NCBI GenBank assembly: GCA_013239625.1 | Contig: MU053379.1 | Coordinates: forward strand, 878,490 to 921,934 | From: Lama guanicoe | Lineage: Eukaryota | Direction: 5' to 3' | DNA length: 43,445 nucleotides | Shown here: in pieces, positions 11,363 through 21,420 of the stretch | How positions within the stretch are numbered: position 1 is the stretch's first letter | Layout: each line of letters begins with the position of its first letter | The notes under the pieces: generated by a model | What the model saw: the letters and a program-made list of their open reading frames with translations, nothing else | Databases searched by the model: none | Told to the model about the DNA's origin: nothing | Position numbers and translations under genes: made by a program

Positions 11363-12778
11363 TTAGACTCCACATATGAGCGATCTCATATGGTATTTTT
11401 CTTTCTCTTTCTGGCTTACATCACTTAGAATGACATTCTCCAGGAGTATCCATGTTGCTGCAAATGGCGTTATGTTGTCGGTTTTTATGGCTGAGTAGTA
11501 TTCCACTGTGTAAATATACCACCTCTTCTTTATCCAGTCAGCTGTTGATGGACATTTAGGCTGTTTCCATGTCTTGGCTATTGTAAATAGTGCTGCTATG
11601 AACATTGGGGTGCAGGTGTCATCCTGAAGTAGGGTTCCTTCTGAATATAAGCCCAGTAGCAGGATTCCTGAGTCATACGGTAGGTCTATTCCTAGTTTTT
11701 TGAGGAATATCCACACTGTTTTCCATACTGGCTGCACCAAACTGCATTCCCACCAGCAGTGNNNNNNNNNNNNNNNNNNNNNNNNNNNNNNNNNNNNNNN
11801 NNNNNNNNNNNNNNNNNNNNNNNNNNNNNNNNNNNNNNNNNNNNNNNNNNNNNNNNNNNNNNNNNNNNNNNNNNNNNNNNNNNNNNNNNNNNNNNNNNNN
11901 NNNNNNNNNNNNNNNNNNNNNNNNNNNNNNNNNNNNNNNNNNNNNNNNNNNNNNNNNNNNNNNNNNNNNNNNNNNNNNNNNNNNNNNNNNNNNNNNNNNN
12001 NNNNNNNNNNNNNNNNNNNNNNNNNNNNNNNNNNNNNNNNNNNNNNNNNNNNNNNNNNNNNNNNNNNNNNNNNNNNNNNNNNNNNNNNNNNNNNNNNNNN
12101 NNNNNNNNNNNNNNNNNNNNNNNNNNNNNNNNNNNNNNNNNNNNNNNNNNNNNNNNNNNNNNNNNNNNNNNNNNNNNNNNNNNNNNNNNNNNNNNNNNNN
12201 NNNNNNNNNNNNNNNNNNNNNNNNNNNNNNNNNNNNNNNNNNNNNNNNNNNNNNNNNNNNNNNNNNNNNNNTAATGCTTTGGCAATTCTAGGTCTTTGAT
12301 GGTTCCATATAAATTTTATTATGATTTGTTCTAGTTCTGTGAAATATGTCCTGGGTAATTGGATAGGGATTGCATTAAATCTGTAGATTGCCTTGGGCAT
12401 TGTGACTATTTTAACAATATTGATTCTTCCAATCCAAGAGCATGGGATATCTTTCCATTTTTTAAAGTCTTCTTTAATTTCCTTCATCAATGGTTTATAA
12501 TTTTCTGTGTATAATTCTTTCACCTCCTTGGTTAGATTTATCCCCAGATATTTTATTACTTTGGGTGCTATTTTAAAGGGGATTGTTTCTTTACTTTCTT
12601 TTTCTGTTGATTCACCATTAGTGTAAAGAAATGCAACTGATTTTTGAACGTTAATCTTGTAACCTGCTACCTTGCTGAATTCTTCGATCAGCTCTAGTAG
12701 CTTTTGTGTGGACCTTTTAGGGTTTTCTATATGTAGTAACATGTCAACGGCATATAGTGACACTTTTACCTCTTCTTT
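11363..12778 (-). pseudogene. L1 ORF2p fragment (RT C-terminal part to Cys-rich domain), open on both sides of the gap
   Basis: SLYAVDM..., [50 protein letters not shown]; stop at 11363-11365; the listed start 'MHIL' derives from the TSD. Confidence 0.93.
11762..12271. other. Assembly gap (510 N) inside the L1
   Basis: Run of N. Confidence 1.
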
Positions 12779-13236
12779 GAGGATGTGCAAGTTTTAAAAC
12801 GACCTTGATTAGTGAAGGCAGGTGAAATGCATTTGGCTCATTACCCACAGTTTCACCTGCGAGGATTTCTTTTCCTGACAAAAGCTAAGCTGTTCTGCAT
12901 AACCCCTTGCCCCAGCTCTCTACTGCCAAAGAAAAAGAGTCCGTTAATTTCCAGCACTGCACAGAGCTAAGCTGGAATTTATTAACTACTTAATAAGCTG
13001 GTCAGTACTTTACTAGTGATCTGTGGACAACTGCTGAACTGCAGGCAAAAGAGCTGAGTAAGCAATAATCAGTGTCAAGTAACTTTCTATTGCGCGATCA
13101 GCTGTCCAAAAGAGAGAATCCGGGAAAACTCAAAGTGGATATCCCTTAGCCACAAGGGATAGTGATTCCATCAATTATTTAACATGGAGAGACTGAAATT
13201 ACACCCATCCACATATCCATGTAGTCACCCATTCAT

Positions 13237-13752
13237 CTTTTTTTTTTTATTAATAGACTTTATTTTTTTTAGAGCAGTTTCAGGTTCACAGCAGAATTGA
13301 GCAGAAAATACAGAGTTCACACATAGCCCTCCCCACCCACACATATCTACTCCCCTACCTTCAACGTCGCTCATCAGTGTGGCGTATTTGGTGCAATCGA
13401 TGAACCAACATGGACACATTATTATCAACCAAAGTCCATCATTTACATTAGGGTTCACTCTTGATGTTGTACATTCTATGGGTTTTGACAAATGCATAAT
13501 AACATGTAGCCACCACTATAGTATCATACAGAATAATTTCATTGCCCTAAAAATCCCTTGTGCCCCATCTATTCATTCCTCCCTCCCTCCCTCTCCCCAA
13601 ACCCCTGGAAACCACAATCTTTTTATTGTTTCTGTAGCTGTGCCTTTTCCAGAATGTCATTTGGACTTTTCAGACTGGCTTCTTCCACTTAGTAATATGT
13701 CTTTTAAGTTTCTTCCATGTCTTTCATGGCTTGATAGCTCATTTATTTTTTT
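13237..13752 (-). mobile_element. L1MC1/2-like 3' end
   Basis: T-tail, then TACATTAGGGTTCACTCTTGATGTTGTACATTCTATGGGTTTTGACAAATG...GCCCTAAAAATCC. Confidence 0.85.
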
Positions 13753-13879
13753 TTTACTGCACATATATCTTTTAATTTGTATATATGTACTGTTCATTGT
13801 TTCTAAGACCAGTAAGAGTTTTAGCTTTTTAAACTTACATAGTTATCAAAGGAATAAAGCCAACCACAAAATAAGAATT

Positions 13880-14055
13880 AATTCAAAAATATACATACAC
13901 CCTACTATTCACAGCAACATTATTTATAATTGCCAAGATATGGAAGCATCCTAAGTGCACATCAACAGTTGAATAGATAATGGAGATGCAGCATATATAT
14001 ATATGTAATGGAATACAACTCACCCATAAGAAAGAAGAGTATTTTGCCATTTGAG
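13880..14055 (+). mobile_element. L1 ORF2 C-terminal fragment
   Basis: TATTCACAGCAACATTATTTATAATTGCCAAGATATGGAAGCATCCTAAGTG. Confidence 0.85.
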
Positions 14056-14124
14056 GCCCTTCATTCACCTTTTTTTCACTTCAAAAACCAGAATTTTATA
14101 ACTGGCAGAAACATTTCCATTACA

Positions 14125-14384
14125 TCATAAACAGCAAAATACCCCAAAATAAACCTACCCACCTGTACTCTGAAAACCGAAATGACACCAAGAAATGGAA
14201 AGATTTCTTGTGTTCTTGGATTGGAAGAATCAACATCATCAGAATGGCCGCACTACCCAAAGCAACCCACAGATCCAACGCAACCCCCATCGAAATACCC
14301 ACGACATTCCTTACAGAACTAGAACAGACAATTCCAGAATTTATAAGGAACCACAAAATACCCCAAACAGCCAAAGCAATCTTT
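14125..14384 (+). mobile_element. L1 ORF2 internal fragment
   Basis: Translates [39 protein letters not shown]...AKAI. Confidence 0.9.
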
Positions 14385-16940
14385 TGTATGTCTCTTTTTT
14401 CCCCTCCTCTTTCTTCTTTTTGTTCTCTTTTCTTATAGTTTGATGACTAGAAAAGGTCCTTTAGTATTTGTTGTAAAGCTGGTTTTGGTGGTGCTGAAAT
14501 CTTTTAGGTTTTGTTTATATGTGAAGCTTTGGATTTTGTTGTCAGTGGATGCAACTGGTGTTCCAGGTTCTCGTCCTGTCCCAGAAAGAATTCAGAGACA
14601 AGACATAGTGGTTAAAAAAGTAAAGTGAGAATTTATTAAAGGATGGATACTACACTCTCAAGAGGGGAGCAGGCAGGCTCAGGTGAGTGGCTGTCCTGTG
14701 TTTCTTCGGCAAGTTAGTTACATAGGGTGTAAAAATGAATGCGTAGAATATTCATTGGGGAGGGAAGGGTTTGGGGTCATATTCCCTGATTATCAGCCCA
14801 ACTCCACCTTCCCAAAGGGAGGAGGGATTTTTGTCCTCATTTAGTCTGGATCCGAAGTGTCTTGGCGTCGGTGCATGATGGGTACTTCTGATCTGCAAGG
14901 CTAACTTTACTGAAATGAGGGCATAATGAGCAACAGGTTACATTCAGACATTGGAAATTCCTGCCTTTCCTCACCTTTCTTTGTTGGTCTCCAGGCCACT
15001 CTCCCCAAAAGGTGTGACCACTTATCAGCCCCAAGGTTCCTGCTTTTCTTTCTCTGCCCGGGGACCCCTGGTGCTGCTTCCATGATGTGTGGTTTCCTGC
15101 ATTTGGCCTGTGCCCCTCCTTTCTGCCCAATGCTTGCCATTTGGTCTTTGTCCCTCTTTCTCTGTTCATATCTAGCTCTCTGCCTGCTCCAATAATTTCT
15201 CCATCAAGTCGAATGAGGGCCTTGCTAGATAGAGTATTTGGGGTTGTAAGTTTTTCCCTTTCATCACTTTATATATGTTGTGCCACTCCCTTCCGGCCTG
15301 TAGAGTTTCTGCTGAAAAATCAGCTGATAACCTTACGGGAGTTCCCTTGTATGTTATTTGTTACTTTTCTCTTGCTGCTTTTAATATTTTCTCCTTATCC
15401 TTAATTTTTGTCAATTTGATGACCATGTGCCTTGGTGTGTTCCTCTCTCAGTGTATCCTGTGTGGTACCGTCTGCACTTCCTGGACTTGGGTGACTGTTT
15501 CCTTCCCCAAGTTGGGGAAGTTTTCAGTGATTATCTCTCCAAAAATTTTCTCAGGTCCTTTCTCTCTCTCCTCTTTCTGGGACCCCTATAATGCGAATAT
15601 TAGAGCACTTCATGTTGTCGCAGAGTTCTCTTAAACTATCCTCATTCCTTTTCATTCTGGATTTTGGTTTTGTTTTTTTTTTTTTTTTTTTCTGTTCTGC
15701 AGTAGTGATTTCCACTAATCTGTCCGCTGGCTCACTGATCCGTTCTTCTGCCTCATTTAGTCTGTTCTTGGTTCCTTCTAGTGTGTTTCATTTCAGTGAC
15801 TATTCTTCAACTCTGTTTGGGTATTCTTTGTATTTTCTTTGCTAAAAACTTTGCTCTGTGTATCTATACTCCTCTTGAGTTCTCTGAACATCTTGGCCAT
15901 CATTACTTTAAACTCTTTCTCAGATAAATTGCCTATCTCCTCCTCATTTATTTCTTCTTCTGGGATTTTATCTTGTGCCTTGGCCTAGGAGATATTCCTT
16001 TGCCACCTCATATTGTCTGTCTTTCTATATGTTTGTGGATTCCTTCCACTGGCTTTGGGGTTGTTGTTTTCTTATTTCTAGTATCTGCCCTGGTGGATGA
16101 GGCGTATGCAGGTTTCCTGGCAGGAGGAGCCAGTGCCTGCCCATTGCTGGGTGAAGGTTGGTCCTGGACCTCTGGTGGGTAGGGCTGCACCTAGAAGCAT
16201 TTATGGCTTAGGAAGTTTGATGATGGGTGGGGCTGTGTTCCCACCCTGTATGTTGTTTGGCCTGAGGCTTCCCTACAGGCTGTTGGGTGAGGCTCTGTCT
16301 AGATGTTAATGATCCAATCAAGACATCAGCCTCCAGGAAAGCTCATGTAGATAAACACTCCCAGAATGTCCGCCATCAGCTTTTATGTCCCCTGAGTGAG
16401 TCCCAGCCGTCCCACGTCCCCAGGAGATCCTCCAAATCCAGCAGGCAGGCCTGGCCCAGGTTCCCATGAAATCACTGCCTCTGCCCTTTGACCTGGTGCA
16501 TGCAAGTTTCCGTGTACGCTTCCCAAGTGAATGGAGTCTCCGTTTCCCCCAGGCCCATGGGGCTCCCAGAGCCAAGCCCCCCTGGCCTTCAAAACCGGAT
16601 GTCCTGGGGTCTCCTTCTCTTCCCAGTGGTGGGACCCCGATCTGGGGAGCCTGACGTGGGGCTCAGAGCTCTCACTCCTGTGGGGGTCCTCTGGGATTTA
16701 ACTATTCTTCAGCTTGTGGGTCACCCACCTGGGTGGTATGAGGCCCAATTATATCACGAGCAAGCCCCTCCTACCTCTTGCTGTGGTTCCCTCTTTATGT
16801 TTCCAGTTGCAGAGCGTCTTTCTTGCTAGGTTCCAGTCTTTTTTCTTATGGTTGCTTAGCATTCAGTTGTGGTTTCGTTGTAGTCACAAGGGGACGCGAG
16901 CTCGTGGCCCTACCACTCCGCCATCCTGACCAGAAAAATC
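14385..16940 (-). mobile_element. L1 5' half (5' UTR + degenerate ORF1), interrupted by a solo LTR
   Basis: Antisense ORF1 motifs (GTTTCTGCTGAAAAATCAGCTGATA, CCCAAGTTGGGGAAGTTTTCAG); minus-strand 5' terminus ...CAGGATGGCGGAGTGG with a YY1-like site at 16918-16927. Confidence 0.85.
14537..15194 (-). mobile_element. ERV1 solo LTR inserted in L1 ORF1
   Basis: TGTTG... / ...CCAATA termini, exact 4-bp TSD ATTT (14533-14536 / 15195-15198), TTTATT (minus-strand AATAAA) near 14633; removing it restores the L1 sequence GGATTTCTCCATCAA. Confidence 0.85.
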
Positions 16941-17149
16941 CCTGTTCATCTATTTATTAACATACATTTATTTAAAGGTCTTATTTGAAGTGCATTTTAC
17001 TTTATGTCTCCGCAAAGCAAATCTGGAGACAAGGGTTCGATTGCAAGAGGGGGGTTTCTGGTGATTTGTGTAGACCAGCTCTGCCATTGAACTTCTCACT
17101 GTTTGTTCCATGGTGCTGTTTCAAGTGGAATTTATTTAACAGCAAATAA

Positions 17150-17990
17150 CAGGACACCAAGTAATAGCAGCTTAAGAAACAAAGACTCATATTTAGTTCA
17201 TAAAATAAGAATCCTGTGGATGTAACATTTGGTGTAGCAGCCCAATGACATCAGGGAAGAGCATAGATTTTCCCAGCATTCCTGTACCACTAGCCTCAGT
17301 GAGTTGGTTTGTCACCTTCTTGCTTATCACCTTATAGGCACAGGATGGCTGCTGCAGCTCCAGACATCACAACCACATACAAGTGGGGGAGAGACATTAC
17401 AGCAGGTGGTATTTGAGTTCCTCTAGTAGCCCTCCACTTCAGCACTTTATAAAGTGAGCAACAGCCAACTTCCAACTGCCTTTACCTGAAGACTTTTCCC
17501 AAAAACCACAGAAGGCTGATCTGCCCATGAACATCAAAACTTTATATCCCCCCCAAGCAACCCCTAAACAATGATTAAGAAGGAATTCGTATATAAGTAC
17601 CCTAGCTCCCTGGTCCCTCTGAGGGGTGACTCCAAAGCAGATGATTTACACCTTTTCCAAGACTCTGCCTGCATGATTAAGCCCCAGTCTCCCACAGTAG
17701 TGCCTGCTCTGTAATGCGCCCTTTTTTAGATACCGTCCCTTCCCTGTCTTGATTCCCCAACCCACTACCGGTGTTTCCTGTGATTATGGTCCCAAAAAAC
17801 TACTTTCCCTCCAGACATTCCCTTCTTGTCTCAGGCAATGTTGGGGGAGCCCCCAAAGTCAGACAGATTTCCCCCTTTATCAGGGAGGGAAAATTGTCCC
17901 CCGAATCCCTCAGTAGACTTTGCCCTGGCCAGACCTGGGTCACACCCCCCACCCCTGCCTCCAGCTGCCCCAGGGGAAGTTGAAACAGAA
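17150..17990 (-). mobile_element. MLT1 (J-like) fragments flanking a nested LTR16
   Basis: CAGGATGGCTGCTGCAGCTCCAGACATCACA before the insert; CAGTAGACTTTGCCCTGGCCAGACCTGGGTCACA after it. Confidence 0.6.
17404..17866 (+). mobile_element. ERVL LTR16-like LTR
   Basis: TATAAGTACCCTAGCTCCCT...GATTAAGCCCCAGT...CCTTCCCTGTCT...GGGAGCCCCCAAAGTCAGACA. Confidence 0.75.
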
Positions 17991-18094
17991 TGGGACAGAG
18001 GGAAGCAGGACAGTTGTGCCTCCTGAAGTTGGGCTCAGGGCTTTGTGAGCAAGATGAACAGAATAGGCAATGACTGATGAGTGAGCCATGAGGC

Positions 18095-18700
18095 ATCATC
18101 GAGTTCTATGCAATAGTTTTAAATCAGTGACTGAGACAATAACATGGAAGTCATGCCTGACATATTTACAGAAGACAGGGGACTGGGAGGGACAGCAAGC
18201 ATGCTGGACAACAGAACCAGGAGCCTCAGTGAACTTGACAGAACGACAGACTACGTAGATCAAGGTGAGGTTCAGTGGGAGTCAATACAACCACTTGTAG
18301 CAAGCCAAAACCAAAAGCAAGCAAGAACAAAAATAACCACACAGATGTTCCATGGAAAAGTCAAGGCTTATCAAGAACACAGTAGCAAAGACAGGGGTAA
18401 CTCCATGCGCCAGCAGCATGGTATGGCTGCCAGTCCCTAACAGGATCCCAGGTGAGCTTGAGCTCCACAAAGGATGGCGTTGAGACAGAAAGTGGTGGAA
18501 GTCCTGTTCTCCTTGTCCTGGACTGGCCAGAGCTAGGGCACTGGCACCAGCTGTGACATCCCTTAAAATAAGCAGTAGCCAAATGAAGTGTGCTCAGAGG
18601 AGAGTGGCCAGGATGGAGACAGACCTGGATGCCACGTGATGGGAGAAGAGGCATTTGCTGGAGAGCGTGGTGAAAAGAAGGCGTATTAGTGTGATTACTG
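18095..18700 (+). mobile_element. CR1/L3 LINE RT remnant
   Basis: ORF at 18144 (IFTEDRGLGGTASMLDNR...SELDR) is a decayed CR1 KFADDTKLGG...DDR...DLDRL motif; likely 3' terminus at ~19380-19420 (TTGGACAAGATGTCTTATAAGGTCCCTTC). Confidence 0.75.
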
Positions 18701-18779
18701 GAATTACCTAAAGATTTATGTCCCTTCCAGGTGACAACAAATACTTGAGTGTGGCTATATTGTCCTCTTCCAGTCTCAA

Positions 18780-19245
18780 TGCTCAGTATCCAGACAGGGA
18801 AACAGGAACTTCTTTGGGTATTTCAGACAGGAGAGATTGAATACAGGGAATTTGTTACAAAGATTTTGAAAAGGCTGGAGATGCAAACAGGCAAAGCTCT
18901 CTGGATCCCCAGAGATTAATAACTGCAGGAAGCCACGATCACCTTTGGCGCTAGAGGAGCAGCAGGGAAAACGGGGTAAGTCAGAGCCCCTGGAGCTGCC
19001 CAAGCAGGAAGCTGCATTCACTGCTGCTTCTCCCACAGGCCGGTCTGCACCAGCAAGAACAAGATTAGCTTCCTTTTCTGTTGCCTCCCAGCATCTCCCC
19101 AGTGCCTCCCATTGGATGAACCTCAGCAGAAACCTGCTGGCAAGCGAGTCTGCTGGCGAAATTCTGCCACTTGCAGAATTCCAGCCCCTTTGACGTGGCA
19201 CAGGGTGCAGACTGGTTCAGGGAGCAGGGAGGGAGGCGTGGAGAG
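18780..19245 (-). mobile_element. ERVL LTR33-like LTR
   Basis: CAGTGCCTCCCCATTGGATGAACC...CTGCTGGCAAG and ATAACTGCAGGAAGCC motifs. Confidence 0.7.
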
Positions 19246-20274
19246 AACGTATTGGTGGATGTAAGGAAAGCCTACGTAACAGCAGAACTGGACAAAGGGA
19301 GACAGAGAGAGAGAGAGAGGACAACCACCCTCTTCTGTGCGGCTTCAGCAGTACTGTGCCAGGGCTTCCAATGTCTCACAGGTCATTGGACAAGATGTCT
19401 TATAAGGTCCCTTCAATGCAGAATAGTCTCAGGTTACAATTATGTACTGTCTACATTCACGTTTCCACGTCTGTCTCTCACTGCATGGTTTTATGCATTT
19501 AGCAGGGGTGGTGATTATTTGGCTCCAATTAGACATTGATCTCCCTGGGAACTGGGCTCAGAGGGAACTTCTCCGACCGCCTCCCAGTCTCCCAGTGCTG
19601 CCCTCACAAATGTGATCGCTAGGCTGGGGGGCTTCTCATTTAAGACTCCACTCTGCTCTTGAAATGTGCCCAGGGTCTTAAAGGAAATATCCCTTCCAGA
19701 AAATGGACAGGCAGCAAAATAAATTAGGCAGAAAAATAAAACCTCTTTCTCTGGCACAAAAGAAATTTAAGAGCTCATTAGCCTTAGGAATAAATAGTAT
19801 TTTCTAATGTGTGAGGCCAGCAGGCAGAACGATGAATATTCATGTGCAATCTCCCTGCCTCTCCTCCCTGCGAGGAAGGTGTAGGAAATCATTTCGTTAG
19901 GTGCTGTCCACTGGGGGGGGGGGGGGAGTTACACTAACTATCGATAAGCTGACTGACCCCAGAGGCTCTAAAAACAGAGTTTCTGACATTTTCATTAGAA
20001 CTTGTGCCATATTCTGACACAAGTTAATTCCTGGCAAAGGCAATGGAAAGAAAACTGGCCAGACTACTGATTTCAGATCAAAAGTCTGGATCAAGGAGAC
20101 GTCCAGGTAGCTTTTTAAACGCCCCTGACCCCGCACGTGAGCTTAGCTACATGCAGGAAGTCTTATGGGAACCAAAGCAGTGAGGCAGGCAGGGCCTCCT
20201 AAGGCCTCACCCCCAAGCCTGGGGGTCCTTCCCTCCCTGGGGCTCTTCGGCTTTCTTCCAGGGTTGGGTTAAGC

Positions 20275-20430
20275 CAGTGGTTCTCAACGTCGGCTGCACA
20301 TTAAAATCACCTTGGGATACCATGCTACCCACAGGACAGACCCCAACCGCAGCAGTTTCTGGGGGTGCATTCGGGGTGCAGAGTTTTATCACCCAGGTGG
20401 AAGCATCGCACTTTCGCCGGACAGCCGAGG
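20275..20430. mobile_element. MER5-like hAT MITE fragment
   Basis: CAGTGGTTCTCAACGTCGGCTGCACATTAAAATCACC. Confidence 0.7.
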
Positions 20431-20434
20431 TCGC

Positions 20435-20957
20435 TGTGGCAGCTGGTCTCTAAGCCGCTGCCATCAGTTCCCACCCTTCCTAACACGCATGCGACCCCCT
20501 CCCCCACAGAGAGGGGCCGCGTGTTCCTCCGCCCCTAAACCTGGCCGAAGTGATGTGCACCACTTCCGGTCTAGCTTATCCGAGAAGTGGCAGTTTCTGT
20601 TTTCTTCCTCCTGAAACGTTTGCTCTTGGGATGGTTCCCACTCGGAACCCGGCTGCCATGCTCGGGGAGGCCCAAGCTCCATGGGGAAACCACGCGAAGG
20701 GGGGAGGGGCAGGGGAGACAGCGAGTCATCAGCCGCCAGCCACGGGGGACAACCCTCTGGGGGTCCAACCCAGTGCAGCCTTCAGGTGCCGGCAGTCCCA
20801 GCTGACGCGGACGGCAGCCACAAGAAAGTCACCACGGAAGTGCAAATGTCCTGCTGCGCCTGCTCCACCCATCGAAGCGTGAGCGGTAATGAATCGTTAT
20901 TTGAAGCCAGCAGGCTTTGGAGTTACAGTCTGCATGCAACAGTAGCCAGCCGGAACA
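20435..20957 (+). mobile_element. MaLR MLT1 (G/H-like) LTR, CpG-rich
   Basis: TGTGGCAG start, GGAACCCGGCTGCCATGCT...GAGGCCCAAGC core, end GAAGCCA...GCAACAGTAGCCAGCCGGAACA. Confidence 0.75.
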
Positions 20958-21294
20958 GCCAGGAACCACCATTTCTGTGCCATCCTCGGGTAGACACTGT
21001 CCCAAGATACCGACTGTCCCCAGGGCATCAGGACCCCGTCCGCATCCACACTCCGAGTCCTGCCCCACTCCCACGGCCTGCTGCAGGTGGGGGGCCACAA
21101 AGAGGACCCAGGGGAATCACGTCTGTCCAGGGAGAGGTAACCATCAGCTAGGTGTTCCTTTCTCATCCAAAGAGTCTAGTTTAAATTTTACTGCCAATAT
21201 TATTAATTTGTATATAAGTTTGTTACAATTCATAGACTTCCTGGTCCCATGGGGTCCCTCCTGGGACTTCTGGAAGGCAAATATGCTCAAAAGT

Positions 21295-21420
21295 TCATTT
21301 TGCAGAAGAGGGAACTGAAGGCTCAGAGAGGTTATGTGACTGCCCAGATGGCAGAGCTGGTAAGTTGAGGGACAGGGACTTGAGTCCTAGCCAGGGCTTC
21401 TGCCTGCTACGCTACACTGC
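21295..21420 (-). mobile_element. MIR
   Basis: CATTTTGCAGAAGAGGGAACTGAAGGCTCAGAGAGGTTATGTGACTGCCC. Confidence 0.8.

Larger units (their letters stand above)
11029..12778 (-). mobile_element. Young 5'-truncated LINE-1 (ORF2 C-terminal half, 3' UTR, A-tail)
   Basis: 17-bp TSD GAGGATGTGCAAGTTTT (11012-11028 / 12779-12795), EN site TTTT/AA, T-rich tail on +, minus-strand AATAAA at 11057-11062. Confidence 0.96.
10568..12855 (-). mobile_element. ERV1 solo LTR (~0.52 kb of LTR sequence) split by an L1 insertion
   Basis: On the minus strand it starts TGAAACTG and ends ...GGTAACG (mutated CA); exact 4-bp TSD CCTG (10564-10567 / 12856-12859); LTR pieces at 10568-11028 and 12779-12855. Confidence 0.82.

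Noticed and set aside
11363..12790. 475-aa ORF as a functional gene or novel reverse-transcriptase system
   Set aside because: It is a 5'-truncated L1 ORF2. The start comes from the TSD, about a third is N-gap, and it lacks the endonuclease and most of the RT.
13379..13954. 191-aa hydrophobic ORF
   Set aside because: Antisense reading of an L1 3' UTR running into another L1 fragment.
9873..15194. Paired LTRs of a provirus
   Set aside because: The LTRs are unrelated in sequence, each has its own TSD, and no PBS or gag/pol/env lies between them.
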